Positions 45,351-53,638 of a stretch of 53,638 nucleotides of DNA are shown here, in pieces. The position numbers were made by a program, and so were the translations under genes. The notes below the pieces were generated by a model that was not told the DNA's origin, did not search any database, and worked only from the letters and a program-made list of their open reading frames with translations. Each line of letters begins with the position of its first letter. Positions within the stretch are counted from its first letter, which is position 1. Source of the stretch: Bacteroidales bacterium (GTDB taxonomy: Bacteria > Bacteroidota > Bacteroidia > Bacteroidales > UBA1556); the NCBI GenBank assembly GCA_023145955.1, contig JAGLDA010000004.1, forward strand, positions 1 through 53,638, in the 5' to 3' direction.

Positions 45351-48119
45351 TTGAAAAAAATATTATTTATAATAGCTGCAATAGCTATAAACACAGGGAT
45401 TTTATTTGGTCAAACATATAAAATAAATACTTATAACGGTCAAACAGTTACCACTTGCTCAGGCACCTTTTACGATTCTGGAGGGGCTACAGGGGGTTAT
45501 ACAGCTGGGCAATCGTATATAGTCACATTTGCTCCTGTAAGTAATTTTACTAATATTACATTTAATTCATTCAATGTACAAATTGGTGATATGCTTGAGG
45601 TATTTGATGGTGCAAATGTAAGTGCCCCATTAATTGCAATATATAATAATGGGAATTCACCAATAGGTCAAACAATACGAGCTTCATTTCTTGGCACACA
45701 AGGAAAGCTAACAATACGATGGACTTCAGTAGGTTCTAGCACAGGTTGGGATGCAACAATAGCATGTAGTATTCCATGCCAGAGTTATAATACTATTATT
45801 ACACAATCAACACCACCTTTTACGATAGATAGCGGTATATACTATATTGATATTTGCCCTGGTGATTCTGTTGAATTAAAAGCTTCGGCAAACTTTTACC
45901 TTAATGATGCTTATTACCACCAAGATACTTCAACTACAAATTTCGTATGGAATTTTGGAGGTAATAATAATGTTGACGGACAAAATATTACTACCACAAT
46001 AAATAATGTACAAGGCTATAACGCATATATTTTGGCATCCGATACAATTGGCTGCCCTGCAGCACAAGCTACGGAGGTCAGAATTAGGGTTTCTACCCCA
46101 CCTGATTTCACTGGCACTATGGTTTCTCCAATACAGTTTTGCCAATACGATTCTACATTACAAATGGGTAATGTAACACCAACACCATGGTCGGTAACGC
46201 CATCACTTTCGGTTGCTGGCACAACATATTTACCTGACGGATCAGGAGTTTCATACACATCTAATCTTGTGTTTAGTGGTTTTGCCACGGGTCAAGTTTT
46301 ACAAAACGCAAACGATCTTACAAAGATTTTTATGGAAATAGAGCATTCTTATATTGGAGATTTAAACCTTGTAGTAAAATGCCCTAATAATGCTACTGTT
46401 ACGTTAAAATCTTACCCAGGAGGAGGCGCAAACTTTCTTGGAGAACCTACCGACAATAATTCAGCACAAATTGCTGGTCTAGGATATATGTATCACTGGC
46501 TATCTGGAGGAAGCACCACTATGGCTGCGGCATTTAATACATATCAATATAGTTTTACTGATTTATTAGGAGCATCGTATACTAATCATAGTTATTTACC
46601 TCCTTCAACTGCATATCCAGCTACATCTACAGCTACAGGCACTCTGCCTATTATACAATACTTACCCGAAACACCAATAACTAATCTATTAGGATGCCCA
46701 CTTAATGGCACATGGAGCATTACTGTTACAGATAACCTCATGATTGATAATGGTTTTATTTTCTCTTGGGGAATAGATTTTGACGCATCATTATTACCTG
46801 TAGCTTGGGGCTATACACCTATAATTGATACTACATATTGGAATTATGGAATTGGGGACACTTCATACCAAGTAATAAGCAATCAGGGACAACAGGATAT
46901 AACATATACGATGGTTGATAATGCAGGATGCATTTATGATACGGTCTTTACCGTTGATATAAACCCTGCACCACAAATAGAAATTGGAAATGACACTAAT
47001 ATTTGCGTAAACGATTCAATAATCTTATATAGTAACAGTGACATTGCTAATTCTACATACTTATGGAGCAATGGTGCAACAACAAGTTCTATTTTATTAG
47101 TACCTAACAACACACAATCATACACTCTTACGGCAACATCTTCGTTAGGGTGCAGTAATTATGACACAATAGAAGTAGCATTGGTACCACTTCCTAATAT
47201 TCAAATATCAGATGATACACTAATATGTATAGGAACAACTGCTAGCCTAAAAGCTTCAGGTGGAGTACTATATCAATGGAGTAATGGCGATATTTCTGAT
47301 ATTATTGATGTTGCACCTACCTCTACAACTACATATTATTTAACAGTAACTGATAATAATTCATGTACTGCCGACACATCAACAATGGTAACTGTTGCCA
47401 ATTTACCAAATATTATTACTAGCAACGATACGGTAGTTTGCGATGGCACAAGTGCTTACCTTAGGGCTTCAGGAGGAATTAATTACGAATGGAGCAATGG
47501 TGTTAATACTGCAAATCAATACGTAATACCATTAACAAACACAACTTATACTGTAACTGTTGAAGACATTAATACTTGTAAAGACAGTACCGATGTTTTA
47601 GTTGAAGTACTTGACAACCCAATTGCAAATATCACCTCTAATTATGATACTATTTGTAGGGCAGGAGAAATAACACTTACTGCCGGTGGCGGAATGACAT
47701 ATAAATGGGGCAATGGAGCATCGTCACAATCAATAAAAGAAACAGCTGTGCATTCTAAACTATTTTCTGTACTTGCAATAAATACACAAGACAATACAAA
47801 TTGTTATGATACTACATCATTATATGTGGTTGTAGAAAACTGCGCAGTATATGTACCAACAGGTTTTACTCCTAATGGAGATGGAGTAAATGATATCTTT
47901 TATGCTAAGGGTATTATCTCCAATACTGCTGCTTTTACTATGATAGTATATAACCGGATGGGTCAAAAAATATTTGAAACTAACGATATAAATTATGGTT
48001 GGGATGGACTATATAAAGGGCAAAAAGTACAAGAAGGTGTTTATACTTGGTTGATACAAGTTAAAGAAGCTAGTATTAAATCTTATGAGCTAACAGGTAC
48101 TATTACACTACTAAGGTAA
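45351..48119 (+). CDS. T9SS-secreted multidomain surface protein (CUB-like + P-domain + 4 Ig-like repeats + type-B sorting CTD)
   Basis: TTG start with signal peptide MKKILFIIAAIAINTGILFGQ. N-terminal CUB-like segment (CSGTFYDSGG..LEVFDG). Proprotein-convertase P-domain-like segment (EIEHSYIGDLNLVVKCPNNATVTL). C-terminus VPTGFTPNGDGVNDIF..YNRMGQKIFE..GWDG matches the gliding-motility/T9SS type-B CTD. Confidence 0.8.
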   Translation: MKKILFIIAAIAINTGILFGQTYKINTYNGQTVTTCSGTFYDSGGATGGYTAGQSYIVTFAPVSNFTNITFNSFNVQIGDMLEVFDGANVSAPLIAIYNNGNSPIGQTIRASFLGTQGKLTIRWTSVGSSTGWDATIACSIPCQSYNTIITQSTPPFTIDSGIYYIDICPGDSVELKASANFYLNDAYYHQDTSTTNFVWNFGGNNNVDGQNITTTINNVQGYNAYILASDTIGCPAAQATEVRIRVSTPPDFTGTMVSPIQFCQYDSTLQMGNVTPTPWSVTPSLSVAGTTYLPDGSGVSYTSNLVFSGFATGQVLQNANDLTKIFMEIEHSYIGDLNLVVKCPNNATVTLKSYPGGGANFLGEPTDNNSAQIAGLGYMYHWLSGGSTTMAAAFNTYQYSFTDLLGASYTNHSYLPPSTAYPATSTATGTLPIIQYLPETPITNLLGCPLNGTWSITVTDNLMIDNGFIFSWGIDFDASLLPVAWGYTPIIDTTYWNYGIGDTSYQVISNQGQQDITYTMVDNAGCIYDTVFTVDINPAPQIEIGNDTNICVNDSIILYSNSDIANSTYLWSNGATTSSILLVPNNTQSYTLTATSSLGCSNYDTIEVALVPLPNIQISDDTLICIGTTASLKASGGVLYQWSNGDISDIIDVAPTSTTTYYLTVTDNNSCTADTSTMVTVANLPNIITSNDTVVCDGTSAYLRASGGINYEWSNGVNTANQYVIPLTNTTYTVTVEDINTCKDSTDVLVEVLDNPIANITSNYDTICRAGEITLTAGGGMTYKWGNGASSQSIKETAVHSKLFSVLAINTQDNTNCYDTTSLYVVVENCAVYVPTGFTPNGDGVNDIFYAKGIISNTAAFTMIVYNRMGQKIFETNDINYGWDGLYKGQKVQEGVYTWLIQVKEASIKSYELTGTITLLR
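46962..47838 (+). repeat. four tandem 71-75-aa coding repeats inside the T9SS protein
   Basis: Units start at 46962, 47187, 47400 and 47613. The shared pattern is P.I..S.DT.IC.G....L.ASGG..Y.WSNG......I.V.P..TTTY.VTV.D.N.C.D...V.V. Confidence 0.7.
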
Positions 48120-48124
48120 AATAT

Positions 48125-49285
48125 TTAGAATAATTTTTCTAATTTATCAACAGCACTTTTCCAATCATAATTATTTTTGACAAAGGTATATCCATTATGT
48201 TTTATGGATTCTACTAATTTTTTATCTTCCATTAATCTTAAAATATGATTAGCAAATTGTTTGGCATTATTGTCATCACTTACTAGAATCTGATTTCCAT
48301 TCTCAGCATTTAGTGCATTATTTGCCAGTTTAGTTGTTACACATGGCATATTCATAGCCATGGCTTCTAATAATTTGTTTTGCAAACCTATGCCTATTTG
48401 CATTGGTGCTACAAATATTCTAGATTCCGCATAAGCTACTCTAATATCATCAAGCCAACCACTTACACTTACCCTTTCATTACTTAGTGCTTGAACTTCA
48501 GAATGAGGAGAAGATCCTGCAAGTAAAACCGTAGCTTGTTTTCTCTCTTTCCAAACTAGTGGCATAATTTCATTAATAAGAAATATTGCCGCCATCACAT
48601 TTGGTGCATAACTCATATTGCCGGTAAATACAATATCATATTTTTTTTCAATATCTTGTTCCCTAAAAAAGTTTAAATCCACACCATTTGGTACAATTTT
48701 AGTCTTATTTTGAATTCTTGAAGGCAATAAATCTTTATCTGTTTGTGTAATAATAGAAAGAGCATGAAAATCATCGAGCTCGTTTTTTTCATAAGCTAGC
48801 ACACGTTTATACTCAAAATTAAGTACATATTTCATTATACCTTTAGACTTAAGTGCTCTTCGTTGTAGGCCCTTTGACAATGCATCTTGCAAATCTAATA
48901 CCTTTGGCATTTCAATCTGACGCATATATTCTGCTACTCTTATTAATTGCCCAAAAACAAAATCTGGATTAGACTCATTTATTAAAACTTGAATTTGGGA
49001 ATTAATTCTTCGATTATAGAAATAACCAATTTGCATAGGCATATTGCTAAAAAAAGCCTTCAATACTCCTACTCCATTCATATATGCCGAAATATGAAAA
49101 AAATGCACTTTCTTACAATACTTTTCAAGTTCAGTTTTAGCTTTATCATTATTCTTTTTTGAGCTCAGAGCTACTAATTCTATATCATACGACTTCGACA
49201 AATATCGAATTTGATGATAAATACGCAATTTATCACCTTTATCCAAAGGCCAAGGTACACGAGATGTTATAATAAATAGTTTCAT
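48125..49285 (-). CDS. GT4-family (GT-B fold) glycosyltransferase
   Basis: MKLFIITSRVPWPLDKGDKLRIY N-terminus. The C-terminal half has the E..G..LLEAMAM motif (GLQNKLLEAMAMNMPCV). The ORF-track start at 49312 is TTG, so the ATG at 49285 is preferred. Confidence 0.75.
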   Translation of the reverse strand: MKLFIITSRVPWPLDKGDKLRIYHQIRYLSKSYDIELVALSSKKNNDKAKTELEKYCKKVHFFHISAYMNGVGVLKAFFSNMPMQIGYFYNRRINSQIQVLINESNPDFVFGQLIRVAEYMRQIEMPKVLDLQDALSKGLQRRALKSKGIMKYVLNFEYKRVLAYEKNELDDFHALSIITQTDKDLLPSRIQNKTKIVPNGVDLNFFREQDIEKKYDIVFTGNMSYAPNVMAAIFLINEIMPLVWKERKQATVLLAGSSPHSEVQALSNERVSVSGWLDDIRVAYAESRIFVAPMQIGIGLQNKLLEAMAMNMPCVTTKLANNALNAENGNQILVSDDNNAKQFANHILRLMEDKKLVESIKHNGYTFVKNNYDWKSAVDKLEKLF

Positions 49286-49436
49286 CAAAAAAAAGTGGTA
49301 TTTAAAAAGCAAATATACACTAAAAAAACTGGTTATCTAATGGCAACTTTATCCACATTTTACTTTTAATAAGTCTTTAATTACAATAATAATTACATAT
49401 AATCAATCGTTACTTTTATGTATAATTGCATAAAAT

Positions 49437-49473
49437 ATACACATCATTAGGTATAATACTTAATGATGTGTAT
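49437..49473. promoter_or_regulatory. perfect 13-bp-stem hairpin/palindrome upstream of ORF 49513
   Basis: atacacatcatta (49437-49449) / taatgatgtgtat (49461-49473), with an 11-nt loop ggtataatact. It ends 40 nt upstream of the ATG. Confidence 0.5.
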
Positions 49474-49512
49474 TACAGAACTTTAAACTTATTTTAATAT
49501 TAACACACAATT

Positions 49513-50226
49513 ATGAAACGTATTATTACAATAACCGTTATTGCTTTATTAGGAATACTAATGCTTACATCGAGCATTGCTAAGAAAAAGAAAAAATCAA
49601 AACAATTTAGAGGAACCATATCTTACGACCTAAGTTATGAGAGCACAAAATTCACAAGCATAGAAATGGGTAAATTTCCTATATCACAAAAGGTAAAAAT
49701 GTATGATGGCATGTCGATGTTTGATGTAGAAGGCCCTGGAGGAAGCATTACCTACGTTTCAAATCCAGAAACAGATCAGTTTATGGTTTTAATAGAGGCC
49801 GGATTACGAAAAGCAGCTATTGTTGCAAAACTAAGTGAAATAGAAGCAAAACAAGATTCTGCACGTGAATATACTACAGAGATAGATTTATCGTCAGACA
49901 CAAAAGAAATTGCTGGTTATATATGCAATAAAGCAACTGTTACATTTACTCCGATTGAAGGCGTTGAAGCTGAAGAGCGTATGTTTAGTGTATTTTATTC
50001 TCCAAAATTAGGAAGTTTAAAATCTAATGAAGGCAGCCCATACGAAGGTATTGATGGTGAACTATTAGAATACTATGATGTATCTTCCACACTTATTACA
50101 AAGATGATAGCTACAGAAGTAAAAAAAGGCAAAGTTAGCGACTTAGACTTCTTTTTACCATCTGATTACAAAGTATTTACTCCAGACCAGAAAGATGAGC
50201 TAATGAATTATCTTCAAGGAAAATAA
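49513..50226 (+). CDS. hypothetical secreted protein
   Basis: Signal peptide MKRIITITVIALLGILMLTSSIA. 237 aa with no recognisable motif. Confidence 0.55.
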   Translation: MKRIITITVIALLGILMLTSSIAKKKKKSKQFRGTISYDLSYESTKFTSIEMGKFPISQKVKMYDGMSMFDVEGPGGSITYVSNPETDQFMVLIEAGLRKAAIVAKLSEIEAKQDSAREYTTEIDLSSDTKEIAGYICNKATVTFTPIEGVEAEERMFSVFYSPKLGSLKSNEGSPYEGIDGELLEYYDVSSTLITKMIATEVKKGKVSDLDFFLPSDYKVFTPDQKDELMNYLQGK

Positions 50227-50264
50227 TTATTTGGTATTATTAATTATTATAAAAAACAAAAGCA

Positions 50265-52811
50265 GTGAAGAACGAGATTGGCAAGGAAAATAAGAAAGAG
50301 AAGAAGAAATCAAAAAAGAAATCTGGAAAAAAAGGAGATAAAACTATCACCATGCCCAGTATTTTTAAATTTACTAAAGACGAGCGCTTTGTAAAAACAT
50401 TTGGCTTATTCCTTTTATTTTTCACAATATATCTATTCATTGCTTTTGTATCATATTTTATAAGTTGGTATAGTTGGAATAATGATGATATATTTTCAAA
50501 TATAAGTTTTGGAAGAGTATTACTTGATCAAGATATTATTGTTCATAATGTTACTGGGCGACTTGGTGCTGCTTTTTCTCAATCTCTTATAAAAGAATGG
50601 TTTGGAATTTCATCATTTTTTATTCTATATATTAGTGGGCTCATAAGTCTAAGGTTATTATCTGGCTACAGAATACTATCTATAAAAAGGGCCTTAAGGC
50701 ACAGTCTATTTGCTGTTGTTTGGATTTCTATAACACTAGGTTATATATTTAATGGCCACCCTAAGGACTCTATTTTTGGTGGCATATTTGGTTTTCATAC
50801 CTCAAGTTATTTGGAAGGATTAGTCGGGAAACCTGGTACTATTATTATTATTATATTCTCATTGCTAACGTTTCTAGTATTCGCATTTGACATTATTAAT
50901 TTCATAAAAGGTTTTATTATTCCAAAAGGTAATGAAGAAACTCATAACCTTGATGATTATGAAGTAGATGGACTAAACATTAATGACCTTGCTAAATTAG
51001 AAGAACAAAGTAATAACGAGGTTGAGCTCGAGCAAAATATTGATAAAACAAGTATTACAGATGAAAACGAAGAGTCTGATGGCAGTTTAGACTTTGATAT
51101 TACAAATAACGAAACTATTGATGAAGATAAAGCAGCAACAGAGAATGATGATTTTGAAATTGAAATAGCCGAGAATAATACTGATAATGCAGATGATAAT
51201 TTAGAAAATACGGAAGAAGATTTAGACCTATCAATTGAGGATATAAATGAAGAGACATTATTGGCTAAAAATGCTAGCAATCCTCATGGAATAGACACTC
51301 TATATGATCCTAAAGAAGATTTAGCAAATTTTAAAAACCCAACATTAGACTTATTAAAAGAATACTCAACAAATAGTATTACAATTAATAGAGAAGAGTT
51401 AGAAACCAATAAAAATAGAATTGTAGAAACACTCTCTAATTATGGAATTAAAATTGATAAAATAAAGGCTACAATAGGGCCAACAATAACTTTATATGAG
51501 ATAATACCTGCACCGGGAGTTCGTATTTCGAAAATCAAAAATTTGGAAGATGATATCGCTATGAGTTTAGCTGCACTAGGGATTCGTATAATAGCTCCAA
51601 TTCCAGGCAAGGGAACAATAGGAATAGAAGTTCCTAGCTCAAATCCTGAGATTGTACCGATGAAAACAATAATTGCTAGTGAAAAATTTCAAACCTCAAA
51701 ATTTGATCTACCAGTTGCTATAGGTAAGACAATTAGCAATGAAACTTTTGTTTTTGACCTAGCAAAAATGCCACACTTATTAGTAGCTGGAGCAACAGGA
51801 CAAGGAAAATCTGTTGGGTTAAATGCTATAATTACATCATTATTATATAAAAAACATCCGGCACAACTAAAGTTTGTAATGGTGGATCCGAAGAAAGTTG
51901 AATTCTCATTATTCTCTAAAATTGAGAAGCACTATTTGGCAAAGTTACCAGACAAAGCAGAGGCTATTATTACCGACAATAAGGATGTTGTTACTACCTT
52001 AAACTCTCTATGTATAGAGATGGACGATAGATATGAGCTTTTAAAAAATGCAAGGTGTAAAAATCTTAAAGAGTATAATACTAAGTTTATAGCACGAAAG
52101 CTTAACCCTGAAAATGGCCATAGATTTATGCCATATATTGTATTAGTAGTAGATGAATTTGCTGACCTTATTACAACTGCAGGAAAAGAAGTAGAAACAC
52201 CAATAGCTCGATTAGCACAACTTGCTCGTGCTATTGGAATACACCTAATAGTTGCAACACAAAGACCTAGTGTAAACGTAATTACGGGTTTAATTAAAGC
52301 AAATTTCCCCGCAAGGATTGCATTTCGTGTTACTTCTAAGATAGACTCAAGAACCATACTCGATGCTGGTGGTGCTGACCAATTAATTGGTCGTGGTGAT
52401 ATGTTGTTTTCTAAAGGCGATGGGTTAGTTAGATTACAATGTGCATTTGTAGATACTCCAGAGATAGAAGCTATTGTTGATTTCATAAGTGATCAAAGAG
52501 GATATGCAAGTGCATTCAACTTACCAGAGTTTGTTGGAGATGATGAAAGTGGACGAGCTGATATAGACATGGACGATAGAGATGAGCTTTTTGATGATGC
52601 TGCGCGGATGATAGTAAACAATCAACAAGGTAGTACATCATTAATACAACGCAAAATGAAGCTTGGATACAATCGTGCAGGCAGAATTATTGACCAACTA
52701 GAGGCATCAGGAATTGTTGGCGAAAGTAAAGGCAGCAAGGCCAGAGACGTATTAATTTCTGATATACAAACATTGGAACAATTATTGGAAGACATAAATG
52801 CAAGAAAATAG
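50265..52811 (+). CDS. ftsK: DNA translocase FtsK
   Basis: Lys-rich N-terminus, 4 TM segments and an acidic D/E/N-rich linker. Motor domain with Walker A GATGQGKSV and Walker B LVVDEFADL. Gamma domain STSLIQRKMKLGYNRAGRIIDQLEASGIVG. The start is ambiguous: GTG at 50265 or ATG at 50352. Confidence 0.9.
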   Translation: MKNEIGKENKKEKKKSKKKSGKKGDKTITMPSIFKFTKDERFVKTFGLFLLFFTIYLFIAFVSYFISWYSWNNDDIFSNISFGRVLLDQDIIVHNVTGRLGAAFSQSLIKEWFGISSFFILYISGLISLRLLSGYRILSIKRALRHSLFAVVWISITLGYIFNGHPKDSIFGGIFGFHTSSYLEGLVGKPGTIIIIIFSLLTFLVFAFDIINFIKGFIIPKGNEETHNLDDYEVDGLNINDLAKLEEQSNNEVELEQNIDKTSITDENEESDGSLDFDITNNETIDEDKAATENDDFEIEIAENNTDNADDNLENTEEDLDLSIEDINEETLLAKNASNPHGIDTLYDPKEDLANFKNPTLDLLKEYSTNSITINREELETNKNRIVETLSNYGIKIDKIKATIGPTITLYEIIPAPGVRISKIKNLEDDIAMSLAALGIRIIAPIPGKGTIGIEVPSSNPEIVPMKTIIASEKFQTSKFDLPVAIGKTISNETFVFDLAKMPHLLVAGATGQGKSVGLNAIITSLLYKKHPAQLKFVMVDPKKVEFSLFSKIEKHYLAKLPDKAEAIITDNKDVVTTLNSLCIEMDDRYELLKNARCKNLKEYNTKFIARKLNPENGHRFMPYIVLVVDEFADLITTAGKEVETPIARLAQLARAIGIHLIVATQRPSVNVITGLIKANFPARIAFRVTSKIDSRTILDAGGADQLIGRGDMLFSKGDGLVRLQCAFVDTPEIEAIVDFISDQRGYASAFNLPEFVGDDESGRADIDMDDRDELFDDAARMIVNNQQGSTSLIQRKMKLGYNRAGRIIDQLEASGIVGESKGSKARDVLISDIQTLEQLLEDINARK

Positions 52812-52875
52812 AAGAATTTGTATCAAACAAATCTCAAGTATTGCTTTTAATTGAAAAATAATAAAATAAAACATT

Positions 52876-53520
52876 ATGAAAAGAATTACAATATTATTAT
52901 TAGCGCTATTAACTATAAACATAAGTAGCTATTCTCAAATTAATGATACCAAGGCAAAGAGTATTCTAGAAGAAATATCTAAAAAGGCTAAAACTTTTGA
53001 CAATCTTAAATTTCAATTTAATTATAGAATGCAAGATAAAGCCCACAAAATAGACAATTCTTTACCCGGAAGCATTGTAATGGATGGAGATATGTACAAC
53101 CTACATATAATGGGAAGAAACATTGTATCTGATGGTACTACTTTATGGACTCACGATCCTGATGCTGAAGAAATCCAAATTAGCAATGTTGATAAATCAA
53201 AAGATAGTTTTGGTTTTTTAAAAGTAATAACTAGTGTAGATGATAGTTATAAAGCAAAATACATTAAAAGTGCTAAGGAAAACGGAAGAGATATTCATAT
53301 AATTGACCTTACACCAAAAGAAGCTAAATCGTACTATAAAATTCGCATAAAAGTAGACAAGGTAAATAGCTGGATAAATGAAGCTATTATTTTTGAAAAG
53401 GATAACATTCAATATACTTTTAATGTTGAGAAGTTTGAAACAAATTTAAATTTACCTAAGGGTTATTTTAAAATTGATGCTAATAAATACCCTGATTCAG
53501 AGGTTGTAGATCTACGATAA
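52876..53520 (+). CDS. lolA: LolA-like outer-membrane lipoprotein carrier protein
   Basis: Signal peptide, 214 aa, conserved position immediately after ftsK. The beta-rich pattern is typical of the LolA fold. Confidence 0.65.
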   Translation: MKRITILLLALLTINISSYSQINDTKAKSILEEISKKAKTFDNLKFQFNYRMQDKAHKIDNSLPGSIVMDGDMYNLHIMGRNIVSDGTTLWTHDPDAEEIQISNVDKSKDSFGFLKVITSVDDSYKAKYIKSAKENGRDIHIIDLTPKEAKSYYKIRIKVDKVNSWINEAIIFEKDNIQYTFNVEKFETNLNLPKGYFKIDANKYPDSEVVDLR

Positions 53521-53536
53521 TTAGAATTACTTCATA

Positions 53537-53588
53537 AAGCAAAAGGTCGAAAATATTAATACTTTAGACCTTTTGCTTTATTTATTTA
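53537..53588 (+). terminator. rho-independent terminator after lolA
   Basis: aaagcaaaaggtc (53537-53549) / gaccttttgcttt (53567-53579) perfect 13-bp stem, followed by ATTTATTT. Confidence 0.7.
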
Positions 53589-53638
53589 AATTGGTATAAT
53601 ACTTACAAATAGGTTGAATTACTCTCCCCTATTTAGGC

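Noticed and set aside
50950-51290. Acidic D/E/N-rich low-complexity stretch in ftsK, considered as a repeat array or insertion
   Set aside because: It corresponds to the variable linker between the membrane and motor domains that is normal for FtsK. There is no exact nucleotide periodicity.
1-53638. Scan for CRISPR arrays, tRNA/rRNA genes, integrases/transposases, and prophage or toxin-antitoxin modules
   Set aside because: None were found by eye. There are no regularly spaced direct repeats, no cloverleaf-compatible GC-rich segments in spacers and no recombinase motifs, and composition is uniform across the window.

Overview
This is a low-GC (about 30%) chromosomal segment with clear Bacteroidota hallmarks. 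These include nadK-OMP-uppS-bamA-skp-skp synteny, a T9SS type-B C-terminal sorting domain and a 288-aa sigma-A. They also include TTTG / TAnnTTTG promoter boxes, A-rich rather than Shine-Dalgarno start contexts, and a bS22-like mini-ORF. About 45 genes are present and almost all are housekeeping: sbcCD, rlmI, aspA, buk, htrA, rpoD, def, ruvX, tpiA, skp x2, bamA, uppS, nadK, prfB, recX, rng, HU, ftsK and lolA. I saw no rRNA, tRNA, CRISPR array, transposase, integrase or phage genes, so most of the window is ordinary core genome. The best candidate for an undescribed system is a four-gene operon at 1.6-7.6 kb. It contains a true FadR orthologue, a GlpD-type dehydrogenase, an FAD oxidase carrying the HHH loop of alkyl-DHAP synthase (AGPS), and an FGGY kinase. 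A FadR-like palindrome overlaps its promoter, a 171-bp nested inverted-repeat element interrupts it, and a YhhN (lysoplasmalogenase-family) gene lies 5 kb downstream. Secondary candidates are listed below.
- A tightly coupled small-protein + PD-(D/E)XK nuclease pair at the left edge.
- A 608-aa uncharacterised TIM-barrel-like, Cys-rich protein.
- A conserved-unknown block of DUF1599, MauE/DoxX-thioredoxin-like fusion and orphan OppB-like permease.

Two annotation-critical items are the prfB +1 frameshift and a 29-aa bS22-like ORF that is missing from the ORF track. Several ORF-track N-termini are TTG/GTG extensions that I trimmed to internal ATGs. All functional calls come from motif recognition by eye, not from database searches.
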